Shown piece after piece: positions 48,418-57,433 of a stretch of 64,000 bases of DNA. Under the pieces are notes generated by a model, which worked only from the letters and a program-made list of their open reading frames with translations, did no database searches and was not told the DNA's origin. A program made the translations under genes and the position numbers. Source of the DNA: Candidatus Terraquivivens tengchongensis (GTDB lineage Archaea; Thermoproteota; Nitrososphaeria_A; Caldarchaeales; Wolframiiraptoraceae); the NCBI GenBank assembly GCA_023261845.1, contig JALNJZ010000004.1, positions 1 to 64,000 of the forward strand, given 5' to 3'. Each line of letters opens with the position of its first letter. Within the stretch, counting starts at the first letter, position 1.

Positions 48418-49341
48418 TCAACTTACAAAGAAAACAGGAATTTTGATACCGAATGTTTCCAAAAAGCTCCCTATAAGTACGCCTGCTATCATGAGGAGGC
48501 CGAAGCGGAGCGTAAGTTGCGCCGTTAGCGGGTCCGCGGCATCAGGTATGCTATGCTTGAATGTTCTGACCAACCTTATCGCGTTAGGTATCGTTAAAAT
48601 TACGAGAAGCGTCGTCGGAGGGAGCATGGTTATGGCTACCAGCACAAAGATTATCAGATAAGCAGACAGTAGCGAGTATTGGTAAAACTTGAGGGAACGC
48701 TCTTTTCCAAGGATTATCGGGAGGGTGGTGATGTTTACCGCCTTATCATAATCTACATCGCGTAAGTTGTTCGCAAAGAGAACTGCCATAACCAATACGC
48801 CTATGGGTAGGGATACGATTACTGGCAGAACGTCCACCTTACCAGTTAGGACGAAGTAGGTCCCGCCTACCATAAGAGGACCCCACGTCAATAGTACAGA
48901 GATTTCGCCTAAAGCCCTATGCTTCAACGGAACCGGATCAGCTGTGTAGAAATAGCTGAAAAACAGACCAGCCACGGTAAAGGCTAAAACGATAGGACCT
49001 CTCACAAACGAGAGATATGTTGCGATGCTTAGCACAATCGCGTACAAGAATACGACAACAGCTTGGAACGATCTAATTTCTATCTGACCAGATACTAGGG
49101 GATGTGGTCTGTATCTGGTAGTAGGCGCACCTTGTCTATCAACAGTATGCTTCACGTCGTAGTAGTCGTTCAGCATGTTGCTTGCTGCGTGAAATGCTAT
49201 CAGACCAAAAAGCGTGAGCAGGAAGTGTAAAGGCTCAAAGGAGCCAGACCTCCAAGCAAGGGAGCCAGCTAATCCTACTGAGACGATCGTCATCACGAAC
49301 GACCATGGTCTCGTAGCTAGGAACCACATTTTTAGACTCAT
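48418..49341 (-). CDS. menA: MenA/UbiA-family prenyltransferase
   Basis: W.LATRPWS, NDYYD...VD, YT..P..LK..ALGE, NNLRD...D, TLP..LG. Confidence 0.85.
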   Translation of the reverse strand: MSLKMWFLATRPWSFVMTIVSVGLAGSLAWRSGSFEPLHFLLTLFGLIAFHAASNMLNDYYDVKHTVDRQGAPTTRYRPHPLVSGQIEIRSFQAVVVFLYAIVLSIATYLSFVRGPIVLAFTVAGLFFSYFYTADPVPLKHRALGEISVLLTWGPLMVGGTYFVLTGKVDVLPVIVSLPIGVLVMAVLFANNLRDVDYDKAVNITTLPIILGKERSLKFYQYSLLSAYLIIFVLVAITMLPPTTLLVILTIPNAIRLVRTFKHSIPDAADPLTAQLTLRFGLLMIAGVLIGSFLETFGIKIPVFFVS

Positions 49342-49383
49342 GTTTAACCAACTTTGTGGAAGAAAAAATCTTTAATAAATTTT

Positions 49384-49983
49384 TTACGTAAGTGGTAAAA
49401 ATACGAAAACTAGCTCCGTCCATGTGATGTGCGATAGCACTATGCTTTGCAACGAGCTTGTCTTAAGGTAGGCGGCACCCCAGCAAAGGCCCATGATTAA
49501 AGCTATGAACATTAAAGGCAAGTTTAAGGTCCATATGTGTACGCTTGAGTACACTGCGGAGGCGGCAAGTAAGCCCTTTATACCTCCCAGCCTCTCTTGA
49601 AGCTCATGTTGTACGAACCCTCTCCAGTATGCCTCTTCCCCGAAGCTTGTAAAGATAAGCAAAAGAGCGATGAACTCTTGTGGTGCTTCATGTCTTAACA
49701 TGTAAACCTCCTCGGCACCCTTGGCGACGAATGGTTTAAAAATCACGTATCCAAGGTAAAGCAACCAATAGAGCAAGAAGCCTGATACTATGCCGAGCAG
49801 TATCATAGACATCCGAACACGGAAGCGCAATTTTAATAATTCAGGCCTTCCCATGAAGGTCACTAGAACGAGTAATGAGACCGCCAAGAGTATCCTAGTC
49901 CAGAAATTCATAAACTCTGTCCTGAACACCATGAACCAAAGCGGATAGGCCGGAAGTATGAGAAACAATCTTCGTGAAGACAA
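49384..49983 (-). CDS. CPBP (CAAX protease-like) intramembrane metalloprotease
   Basis: EEAYWRG, Y..VH, H..W motifs; probable TTG start at 49983 after GGTG. Confidence 0.85.
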   Translation of the reverse strand: MSSRRLFLILPAYPLWFMVFRTEFMNFWTRILLAVSLLVLVTFMGRPELLKLRFRVRMSMILLGIVSGFLLYWLLYLGYVIFKPFVAKGAEEVYMLRHEAPQEFIALLLIFTSFGEEAYWRGFVQHELQERLGGIKGLLAASAVYSSVHIWTLNLPLMFIALIMGLCWGAAYLKTSSLQSIVLSHITWTELVFVFLPLT

Positions 49984-50050
49984 GGCACCTATCGTATATG
50001 GATTCGCATAAATTACTCCTAAAATAGTTTTGTACCGTTCGTCAACTTGT

Positions 50051-51112
50051 TTAGAACAAAACACGCCACCTCTTATCTTTCTTCGTATAACGGCCTCTCA
50101 ACGGCACAGGCGTATTGCACCTAGGGCACCTGTTATCGTTGTTCAAATTGTAAGACAATACCTCATAACCACTCCTCGCTATCAGCAGCTTTCCGCAAGT
50201 TGGGCAGCAGGTGCTCTCGAGTTCCGGTAAACCAACGTTCCCTATGTAGACGAATTTCACGCCGGCTTCTTGGGCCATCTTCTTTGCCGTCAGCAACTTT
50301 TCGAGGGGCGTGGGCGGCGCAGCATACTTGTGCGCTGGGTAGTACCTGTTGATGTGTAGCGGAACGTCTTCTCCAAGCATCGAGACGTGCTTTTCTATAA
50401 CCCATCTTATACAATCATCCTCATCGTTAAACCTAGGAACTACAAGGAAGACCATTTCTACGTGTGCGCCAAGTTCTATCGCGTACTTTGCATTGCTCAA
50501 GACGGTATTTGGGTCCACACCTCTTAAGATCTTAATGTGAGCTTTTGGACAACCCTTGATGTCTATGGAAAAGCCATCGCATCCCGATTCGATTAAAGCC
50601 TTAAGCGAGGCACGACTGAAGTATCCGTTCGTGACCACCGTGGAGTAGAGCCCTTCCCTGCTACCTAGTGAGAACGTATCCAAAAGGAAGTCAATCTGTG
50701 TGGCGGGTTCGTTAAAGCTTGCACAAAGACCTTCGTCGCCGAATGTCTTTGCCATCTCAACTAAATCATCCGGAGCGTATCTAACGCCGGATTCCACAGG
50801 AGGTCTGCTAAAACTGATGCTGTGATTCTGGCACCATGGACAATAGAAGTTACAGCCCCAGTTCGAGAAGGTAAGCGCGGAAGAGCCGGGCCAGTAATGG
50901 AAGAACGGTTTTATCTCTATAGGTCTGCTTTCGATAGAGCTTAGGAGTCCGTAACCTATATTCAGGAGCGTTCCGTTGATGTTGGCATAGTTACCGCATA
51001 TCCCCTTGCCTCCTTCCCTTACTTTACAAAACCTCATGCAGGTCGTGCATCTTACCGTTGCGTTCACCCTTTCCTGAAATTTTGCGACTGGGTATCTCGA
51101 CCTTTCGTTCAT
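50051..51112 (-). CDS. AmmeMemoRadiSam-type radical SAM enzyme
   Basis: C..C.R.C, PIE.KP.FH..PG, GCNFYCPWCQN..IS, YIGNV, CP.CG. Confidence 0.88.
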   Translation of the reverse strand: MNERSRYPVAKFQERVNATVRCTTCMRFCKVREGGKGICGNYANINGTLLNIGYGLLSSIESRPIEIKPFFHYWPGSSALTFSNWGCNFYCPWCQNHSISFSRPPVESGVRYAPDDLVEMAKTFGDEGLCASFNEPATQIDFLLDTFSLGSREGLYSTVVTNGYFSRASLKALIESGCDGFSIDIKGCPKAHIKILRGVDPNTVLSNAKYAIELGAHVEMVFLVVPRFNDEDDCIRWVIEKHVSMLGEDVPLHINRYYPAHKYAAPPTPLEKLLTAKKMAQEAGVKFVYIGNVGLPELESTCCPTCGKLLIARSGYEVLSYNLNNDNRCPRCNTPVPLRGRYTKKDKRWRVLF

Positions 51113-51230
51113 AATTCTGTAGACCAGGCTTATGAATATGTCATGTAAAGTTTATAAACCTGACACGTAATCTGGCAAGCATCTTTCGCTTGGCAAACGT
51201 ATAAAAGCGCATATCTTCATTACTATATAC

Positions 51231-53285
51231 GTGCCAAATAAGCTCATAAAAGAAAAGAGCCCTTACCTGCTCAGAAACGCCCAAAGCCCCGTAAATTGGC
51301 ACCCATGGGGAGAGGAAGCTTTTAAGAGGGCGAAGGAGGAGGACAAGCCAATTCTTCTCAGCATAGGCTACAGCGCATGTTATTGGTGTATTGTAATGGA
51401 AAAGGAGACTTACGATAACCAAGAGGTCGCCGAATTGATTAATGAAAACTTCATTCCGATAAAGGTCGATAGGGAAGAACTGCCTGAGGTCGACGAGGTC
51501 TACATAAAGTTCGTGGAGCTCATGACAGGCCAGGCCGGATGGCCGTTAACGGTATTTCTCACACCAGACTTGAAACCTTTCTTTGGCGGAACTTACTTTC
51601 CTCCGTATAGGAGTGGGCCGTTGCCTGGACTTGTAGAAGTCTTGAGGGTGATAACAGATACATGGAAGAATAACAGAAATGACATAATTGAGGTCTCTAA
51701 TCGTGCCACGGAACTGCTCAAAAGAGCTTACTCTTACAAACCATCAAAGGATGTGTTATCCATGGACATCATGGAAGTTGCATACGAACAACTTGTAAGC
51801 AAGTACGATGAAGGGTACGGAGGCTTCTCTTTCCATCCAAAGTTTCCGATGCCAACTTTCCTATTCTTCCTGCATAGGTTTTATTGGAGGTATAGAAAGG
51901 ATTTTGCCATTAAAATGTCTTTAAACACGCTAACAAATATGGCTCTAGGCGGAATACATGACCATCTGGCTGGAGGATTTCACAGATATTCTACAGACAG
52001 GTACTGGATGATACCTCATTTCGAGAAAATGCTTTACGACAATGCGCTTTTAGCAAGGGCCTATCTCGAAGCATATCTTTTGACAAAGGACGATTTTATG
52101 AAAGGTGTTGCAATTAAAACCCTAGACTGGATGCTATCAGAGTTATCTTCACCAGAGGGTGGATTCTATACATCTATCGCGGCAGGATATGGGTACGATG
52201 AGGGGTCATACTACCTATGGACCATGGATGACATTGTAGGGTTACTGGGTGAAAAAATCGGCAAGATCGTATGTAAGTACTATGGCGTAACGCAACGAGG
52301 AAACTATGGGGGCGGTAAGAATGTTTTATACGTAAGGCGTTCAGCAGAATCTCTGGCATCGGAATTTAATTTATCCGTTGAGGAAGTTAAGAACATCGTT
52401 GAAGATTCAAATAAAATTTTATTAAACGAGAGGAGAAAAAGAAGGATGCCAGATATTGATGATAAAATACTAACTTCTTGGAATAGCCTTGCGATTTCTG
52501 CGATGTGTATGGGATTCCAGGTCTTAAGAAATGAAAGATATCTGAAGTCTGCTGTGTCCGCTGCAAACTTTATCGTAAACAACATGTATAAAAACGGTGT
52601 TCTATTGCGAAGGTACAGAGATTCAGATGCGGCATATGCGGGCACGTTAGAAGACTACGCGTTCTTTATGAATTGTCTTTTAGACCTATTTGAGACAACG
52701 TTCGACCCGAATTGGTTGGAGCTTGCGCTGGAATTGAAAGACGAAATCATAAACAGATTCTACGATAAAGAGCACGGCGGTTTTTTCAAGACGGAAGACA
52801 GGTTTTCCGATATAATCCTAAAAGACGGAAAAGATGGTTCTATACCATCTGGAAACTCATTTGCTATAATGAACTTGATCAGGTTATCAGAAATCCTTTG
52901 TGTTCCAAAGTTGTTAGAGATAGCGAAAAAATCCTTTTTGACATTCTGGGACCGTATAAAACAAAATCCCGTCGAGTATACGTATATGCTAACGGCACTG
53001 GATTACTACATATCTCCAAAGAGTGAGTTCATCTTCGTATGCAGCGATAACGATTGTGCGCCCTTTTTGCACATCCTATGGTCAGAGTTTATTCCGAACA
53101 AGGTCGTCTTAGTATGTAATTCGGAGAACAGGGAACGTATTGAGAGGATTACGCCCATTATCAAAGATAAGAAGGTTGTTGGGGGAGGGGCCTCAGTATA
53201 CATCTGCGAGAATTATACCTGCAAGCTACCGATCACGTCCTTGGACGGTTTCTATAACTACTTGAAAAGTCTGCGTTCTGCATAG
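51231..53285 (+). CDS. thioredoxin-domain / glycosidase-like YyaL (SSP411) family protein
   Basis: [44 protein letters not shown]. Confidence 0.9.
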   Translation: MPNKLIKEKSPYLLRNAQSPVNWHPWGEEAFKRAKEEDKPILLSIGYSACYWCIVMEKETYDNQEVAELINENFIPIKVDREELPEVDEVYIKFVELMTGQAGWPLTVFLTPDLKPFFGGTYFPPYRSGPLPGLVEVLRVITDTWKNNRNDIIEVSNRATELLKRAYSYKPSKDVLSMDIMEVAYEQLVSKYDEGYGGFSFHPKFPMPTFLFFLHRFYWRYRKDFAIKMSLNTLTNMALGGIHDHLAGGFHRYSTDRYWMIPHFEKMLYDNALLARAYLEAYLLTKDDFMKGVAIKTLDWMLSELSSPEGGFYTSIAAGYGYDEGSYYLWTMDDIVGLLGEKIGKIVCKYYGVTQRGNYGGGKNVLYVRRSAESLASEFNLSVEEVKNIVEDSNKILLNERRKRRMPDIDDKILTSWNSLAISAMCMGFQVLRNERYLKSAVSAANFIVNNMYKNGVLLRRYRDSDAAYAGTLEDYAFFMNCLLDLFETTFDPNWLELALELKDEIINRFYDKEHGGFFKTEDRFSDIILKDGKDGSIPSGNSFAIMNLIRLSEILCVPKLLEIAKKSFLTFWDRIKQNPVEYTYMLTALDYYISPKSEFIFVCSDNDCAPFLHILWSEFIPNKVVLVCNSENRERIERITPIIKDKKVVGGGASVYICENYTCKLPITSLDGFYNYLKSLRSA

Positions 53286-53288
53286 TAA

Positions 53289-53378
53289 AGCCGGGGTCGG
53301 GATTTGCACCCGAGTAGAGCGGCTCTGCAGGCCGCCGCCTAGCTGCTCGGCCTTCGGTGGCTTTTCGCCAACCCCGGC
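53289..53378 (-). tRNA. tRNA-Cys(GCA) with 18-nt intron at position 8/9 (53353-53370)
   Basis: Spliced form GCCGGGG TG GCC GAGCAGCTA GGC G GCGGC CTGCAGA GCCGC TCTAC TCGGG TGCAAAT CCCGA CCCCGGC T folds to a full cloverleaf with U73. Confidence 0.88.
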
Positions 53379-53433
53379 CTTTCCCCGGCCGACGTTCTTG
53401 TATAGCACGGGGCTTATTGAATTTTTTGTTGTA

Positions 53434-55023
53434 TTAAGCCGGGATCTGGGGTAGGCTGAGCTTTACCTCCATCGGGCTGATCCTTAGAGCCTTCGAGACG
53501 TCGTAGCCCATGGACTTCGCAGACTTCTCTATGACCTTTACTACCAAGTTGGCGCCGAAGTGCGCTATTATATTGAACGCCAGCTTTAAGAACGGGTTCA
53601 GTCTTATCAACCGGGATGGAAGCCTGTTCAGCTCTATAAGTATGTGTCTCCATGCCCTATATATCACGCACATTTGCGCTTCAGTCAACTTACTCGCGTC
53701 AAAGAAATCCTCACCCCTCAACGCTCCCATTGGTACAAAGAAGAGCGGGGTGGCCGTGAAATGAGCCCTCTCGCCTATCTTCTCCGGCAGAATATTTTCC
53801 ATCGCATCTAAGAGCCTTACGGTATCCCAAGCATCGTCGTCAGTTTCTGTCGGAAGCCCTATCAGTAACGTGAAACCTGGGAACCAATAATTCATGTTAA
53901 ATATTGCTGTTCCATTTATCACAACTTCTGGCCACTCTTCAGGGCTGAAGGGTTTAGCCTTTAATGGCATGTACCTAGCAAGCAGGCTTCCGGAACCTGT
54001 CTCCATGCCGCACTGTATACCTATCCAATGTTCCGGTGAGCCCCTTAATATCTTAGAGAGTTGATGTATAAGCATAGGGTCGGCAACCGCCGGCGCTACC
54101 GTACCATGTGTTGGGTTGCTATGTCTTATACCTGGCACAGACATTACTGATGAGAAAAGTTCGACAAGCGCATCCCTATTTGGATAGAAATTCTTCTTAT
54201 CTTCAACTCTGTACAGGAAGATGTCCTCACTATGAATCCATGCATTGTGGATTCCGTGCTTTGTGTTAACTCTAATCTCTTCTAATACGTTTTCTATTGG
54301 TATGTACCTTGCAACCCTCAACGTCGGGTCACAGAACTCGCAATTTCTTCCGCAACCTCTCATGACCTCTACGAGGCCATGTATGCTCGGATTAACTATC
54401 AGCGGTATATCTTCCAGTCTTGGCGGCTTCGTAATCTTTATGGTCTCTGGTGGGTCGCCCTCCTCGAATTCGCGGAATAGCATCGGCGCCACATGATCGG
54501 TCTCACCTATCACGACGTGGTCTATGTTCAGCTCATTCCTTACATGAGATCTCACATCAAGATACCATGCACCAGGACCTCCCACGACAATTTTGAACTT
54601 AAAGCCGTTAGCCCTTCTTACTGCATTAAGTTTCTTAACGAGTTCCACGAAATATTTTTTCGAGAACGATGTGAATTTGCCGGTCGTGAATGCAAGGCTT
54701 AAAGGACCTAAGCCGAGCGGGTCCATCTCGTATATTCCGACGACCTTCGTTTCCTCACCGATAAAATTTTCAACATAGTCTGGGTGTGCAACCACTAAGT
54801 CATCCTCGCTATAAGCCCTACGTAAAGATGCCTCGATCTTCCTAAGACCATAAGGTGCGTAGGGCAACACACCATCCACGGCCGGTATTTGTGGTGCTAA
54901 AAATTTGAAGAGAAACTCAGGAACTTTCTCGGAGGGAGCGCAGGGAAGGAAATCCAAGAGCGGTACATGTCTGTATTCACTCGTCAAGGTTCTATCGCAA
55001 GTTAAGACTATCCGCCTACCCAT
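53434..55023 (-). CDS. B12-binding-like radical SAM protein
   Basis: APYGLRKIEA, GGPG, EVMRGCGRNCEFC, G.ETGS. Confidence 0.85.
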   Translation of the reverse strand: MGRRIVLTCDRTLTSEYRHVPLLDFLPCAPSEKVPEFLFKFLAPQIPAVDGVLPYAPYGLRKIEASLRRAYSEDDLVVAHPDYVENFIGEETKVVGIYEMDPLGLGPLSLAFTTGKFTSFSKKYFVELVKKLNAVRRANGFKFKIVVGGPGAWYLDVRSHVRNELNIDHVVIGETDHVAPMLFREFEEGDPPETIKITKPPRLEDIPLIVNPSIHGLVEVMRGCGRNCEFCDPTLRVARYIPIENVLEEIRVNTKHGIHNAWIHSEDIFLYRVEDKKNFYPNRDALVELFSSVMSVPGIRHSNPTHGTVAPAVADPMLIHQLSKILRGSPEHWIGIQCGMETGSGSLLARYMPLKAKPFSPEEWPEVVINGTAIFNMNYWFPGFTLLIGLPTETDDDAWDTVRLLDAMENILPEKIGERAHFTATPLFFVPMGALRGEDFFDASKLTEAQMCVIYRAWRHILIELNRLPSRLIRLNPFLKLAFNIIAHFGANLVVKVIEKSAKSMGYDVSKALRISPMEVKLSLPQIPA

Positions 55024-55113
55024 GAGACCACCGTTATTACGACTATTTTTATTATGTAGCGACTTTCAAAAATATTTAAGCATCATCCAACGTTTCCTAG
55101 CAAGCCGAGTTAA

Positions 55114-55413
55114 TTAACCAAATATTCTTCCAAAGCCCTCGAGGGCTGCCTCACCTTCTTCCTCGAACTTCGAAAGTACTCTCTTCATCTCTTCGCCTTT
55201 GACCTCTTCTGCAATGTCCTTCGCGAGTTCTAAAGCTCTGGAGCACTGTTCATCGGTTCCTATAATTCGGACGTAGTAGCCCTCTTCTCCCAGTATTTTC
55301 GCATCCCTAAACAGAACGTTAGCCCTTGACACAATGTCGTCATTCAATAAGACGTTCCTTGCTTTGTCAACATTTTCTGGGCTTACCTTCAACACGAGCT
55401 CCAGCTCAACCAC
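55114..55413 (-). CDS. hypothetical protein with acidic tail ending GFGRIFG
   Basis: 99-aa ORF with normal composition. Confidence 0.75.
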   Translation of the reverse strand: MVELELVLKVSPENVDKARNVLLNDDIVSRANVLFRDAKILGEEGYYVRIIGTDEQCSRALELAKDIAEEVKGEEMKRVLSKFEEEGEAALEGFGRIFG

Positions 55414-55516
55414 CGACCATTATGACATAAGACATAGTATAAATCTATATCTATAACGGCGGTGAGTATGAAAAGTTCAACATTTAAATGATTGTCAAAG
55501 GATTCTATTCTATAAC

Positions 55517-57433
55517 ATGTTGCCGTTCGCAGCATGGCTTTCGTGGTTGATACCCATCGTCGGCTCCGTGTTTGTCCCTATAATCTTCAGATTAAATAAG
55601 AAGGCAGGTGAAACGTATCCAGTCCTTCTAACATCACTTTCCGCCGCATTCTCACTCTCCATAGTCCTTGATGTATGGGGAGGCAAGGTCGTAGAGGAAA
55701 AGATAAAGTGGATACCCCTACCAGATGGTAGCTGGATCGAGGCGGGCGTCCTAGCAGACCCGTTGTCCGTATTGTTCGCATCCATCGCGTCGTTTCTCGG
55801 CACCCTTATCATCCTTTACTCTATAGGCTACATGGAACATGAGGAGGGGCTTCCGAGATACTACTTCTTCATGCTCTTCTTCGTGGGTGCGATGATCGGC
55901 CTCGTGCTTTCCGACAACCTTTTACAGACGTACATATTCTGGGAAATAGTCGGGCTGTGTTCCTATGCGCTAATCGGCTTTTGGTACAGAAAACCATCCG
56001 CAGCGCATGCAGGAATAAAGGCATTTATCACCACAAGGGTAGGCGATGTAGCATTCTTAATTGGCATACTCTTGCTTTACAGATCGCTTGGCACGTTTAG
56101 CATGCGTGAAATATCAGTCGGTCTGGAAGAGTTGCTTTCAAAAGACCCGAGCGCTCAAGGCTTTGTTATTGCATGTATGCTACTCATCTTTGGTGGCGCG
56201 ATGGGAAAGTCGGCTCAATTCCCCTTACATGTATGGCTACCTGACGCTATGGAAGGCCCAACACCGGTCAGCGCCCTCATCCACGCGGCAACGATGGTAA
56301 AGGCAGGCGTTTACCTTGTTGCTAGGACGGCATTCACGATCGCTCCGCTGGAGGCCTTTAGGGGAATTCTAGCTCCTTGGTACGAAACCATAGCGATAAT
56401 AGGAGCAATAACCGCTTTCTTGGCTGCCACGATGGGTTTAGTGATGAACGATATAAAAAGAGTCGTGGCGTATTCTACGATAAGCCAGCTCGGGCTAATG
56501 TTCACCGCCCTCGGCCTAGCATCTGAACTCGGATGGTTCTCCAGCCAGTTCCATGTTCTCAGCCACAGCATATTTAAAGCCTTATTGTTCCTCTCAGCCG
56601 GAGTAGTAATACATGCCGTTCATACGAACAACATCGATGAAATGGGAGGATTAGCAAGAAAGATGCCGCTCACCTTCATCGCATCACTTTTTGGTGCACT
56701 TGCACTCTCCGGTATACCTCCATTCAGCGGCTTCTTCAGCAAAGATCTGATAATAGAGGCGACGATCGAATCCGGAAACGTTGTAATTTATTTACTCGTC
56801 GTCTTCACGTCGATCTTAACGGTTACATACACAATGAGGTGGATCTATAAGATATTCCTAGCACCACCAAGTTTAGAATCGTCCCATACACATGAGGCCC
56901 CAAAGGTTATGACTGTGCCGCTACTCATACTTGCTGCGTTAAGCTTACTGACTGGTTTCTTTGAAGAGCCTTTCATGAGCTATATCGGCCTACATTACCA
57001 CTTCAAGCCCAGCCTACCAGCATATGCAACGTCGGCAATCATACTCGTATTCGGCCTGCTACTTGCATACGCCTTCTATCTCTCCGCAACGTTAAGAGGT
57101 ATGCCGCTCATCAACCCTATTAACATAAGGAAGAGCGGGCTGGGCTCTGTGCTTCACAAAATTTTGGTTAACAGATATTACATCGACCATGCATACTACA
57201 AAGTTTTTGTGGACGGAACAATTTGGTTGTCGTCAAAGGTCAGGAAGTATGTTGAAGAGAAGGTCATAGACGGCTTCAACTATGCTCTGGCTAGGGCGAC
57301 ACAATCTTTTGTCCAGGCCTTTAGATACCTACAGACCGGTAGCAGCAATGTCAACATAAGTGGATACGCCTTGGGAATTGCAATACTCTTGATCATATTC
57401 TTACTCTTGCTTTTCGGAGGTCTTCATATATGA
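55517..57433 (+). CDS. nuoL: NADH-quinone oxidoreductase subunit L-like antiporter module
   Basis: WE.VG.CSY.LIGF, KSAQFPLHVWLPDAMEGPTPVSALIHAATMV, DIK..AYST.SQ, FKALLFL. Confidence 0.9.
   Translation: MLPFAAWLSWLIPIVGSVFVPIIFRLNKKAGETYPVLLTSLSAAFSLSIVLDVWGGKVVEEKIKWIPLPDGSWIEAGVLADPLSVLFASIASFLGTLIILYSIGYMEHEEGLPRYYFFMLFFVGAMIGLVLSDNLLQTYIFWEIVGLCSYALIGFWYRKPSAAHAGIKAFITTRVGDVAFLIGILLLYRSLGTFSMREISVGLEELLSKDPSAQGFVIACMLLIFGGAMGKSAQFPLHVWLPDAMEGPTPVSALIHAATMVKAGVYLVARTAFTIAPLEAFRGILAPWYETIAIIGAITAFLAATMGLVMNDIKRVVAYSTISQLGLMFTALGLASELGWFSSQFHVLSHSIFKALLFLSAGVVIHAVHTNNIDEMGGLARKMPLTFIASLFGALALSGIPPFSGFFSKDLIIEATIESGNVVIYLLVVFTSILTVTYTMRWIYKIFLAPPSLESSHTHEAPKVMTVPLLILAALSLLTGFFEEPFMSYIGLHYHFKPSLPAYATSAIILVFGLLLAYAFYLSATLRGMPLINPINIRKSGLGSVLHKILVNRYYIDHAYYKVFVDGTIWLSSKVRKYVEEKVIDGFNYALARATQSFVQAFRYLQTGSSNVNISGYALGIAILLIIFLLLLFGGLHI

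Noticed and set aside
53383-53389. GCCGGGG copy as an integration att-site duplication
   Set aside because: Only 7-8 nt, at the 5' end and 4 nt from the gene; no integrase or island nearby
53226-53408. 60-aa ORF
   Set aside because: It is the tRNA-Cys locus
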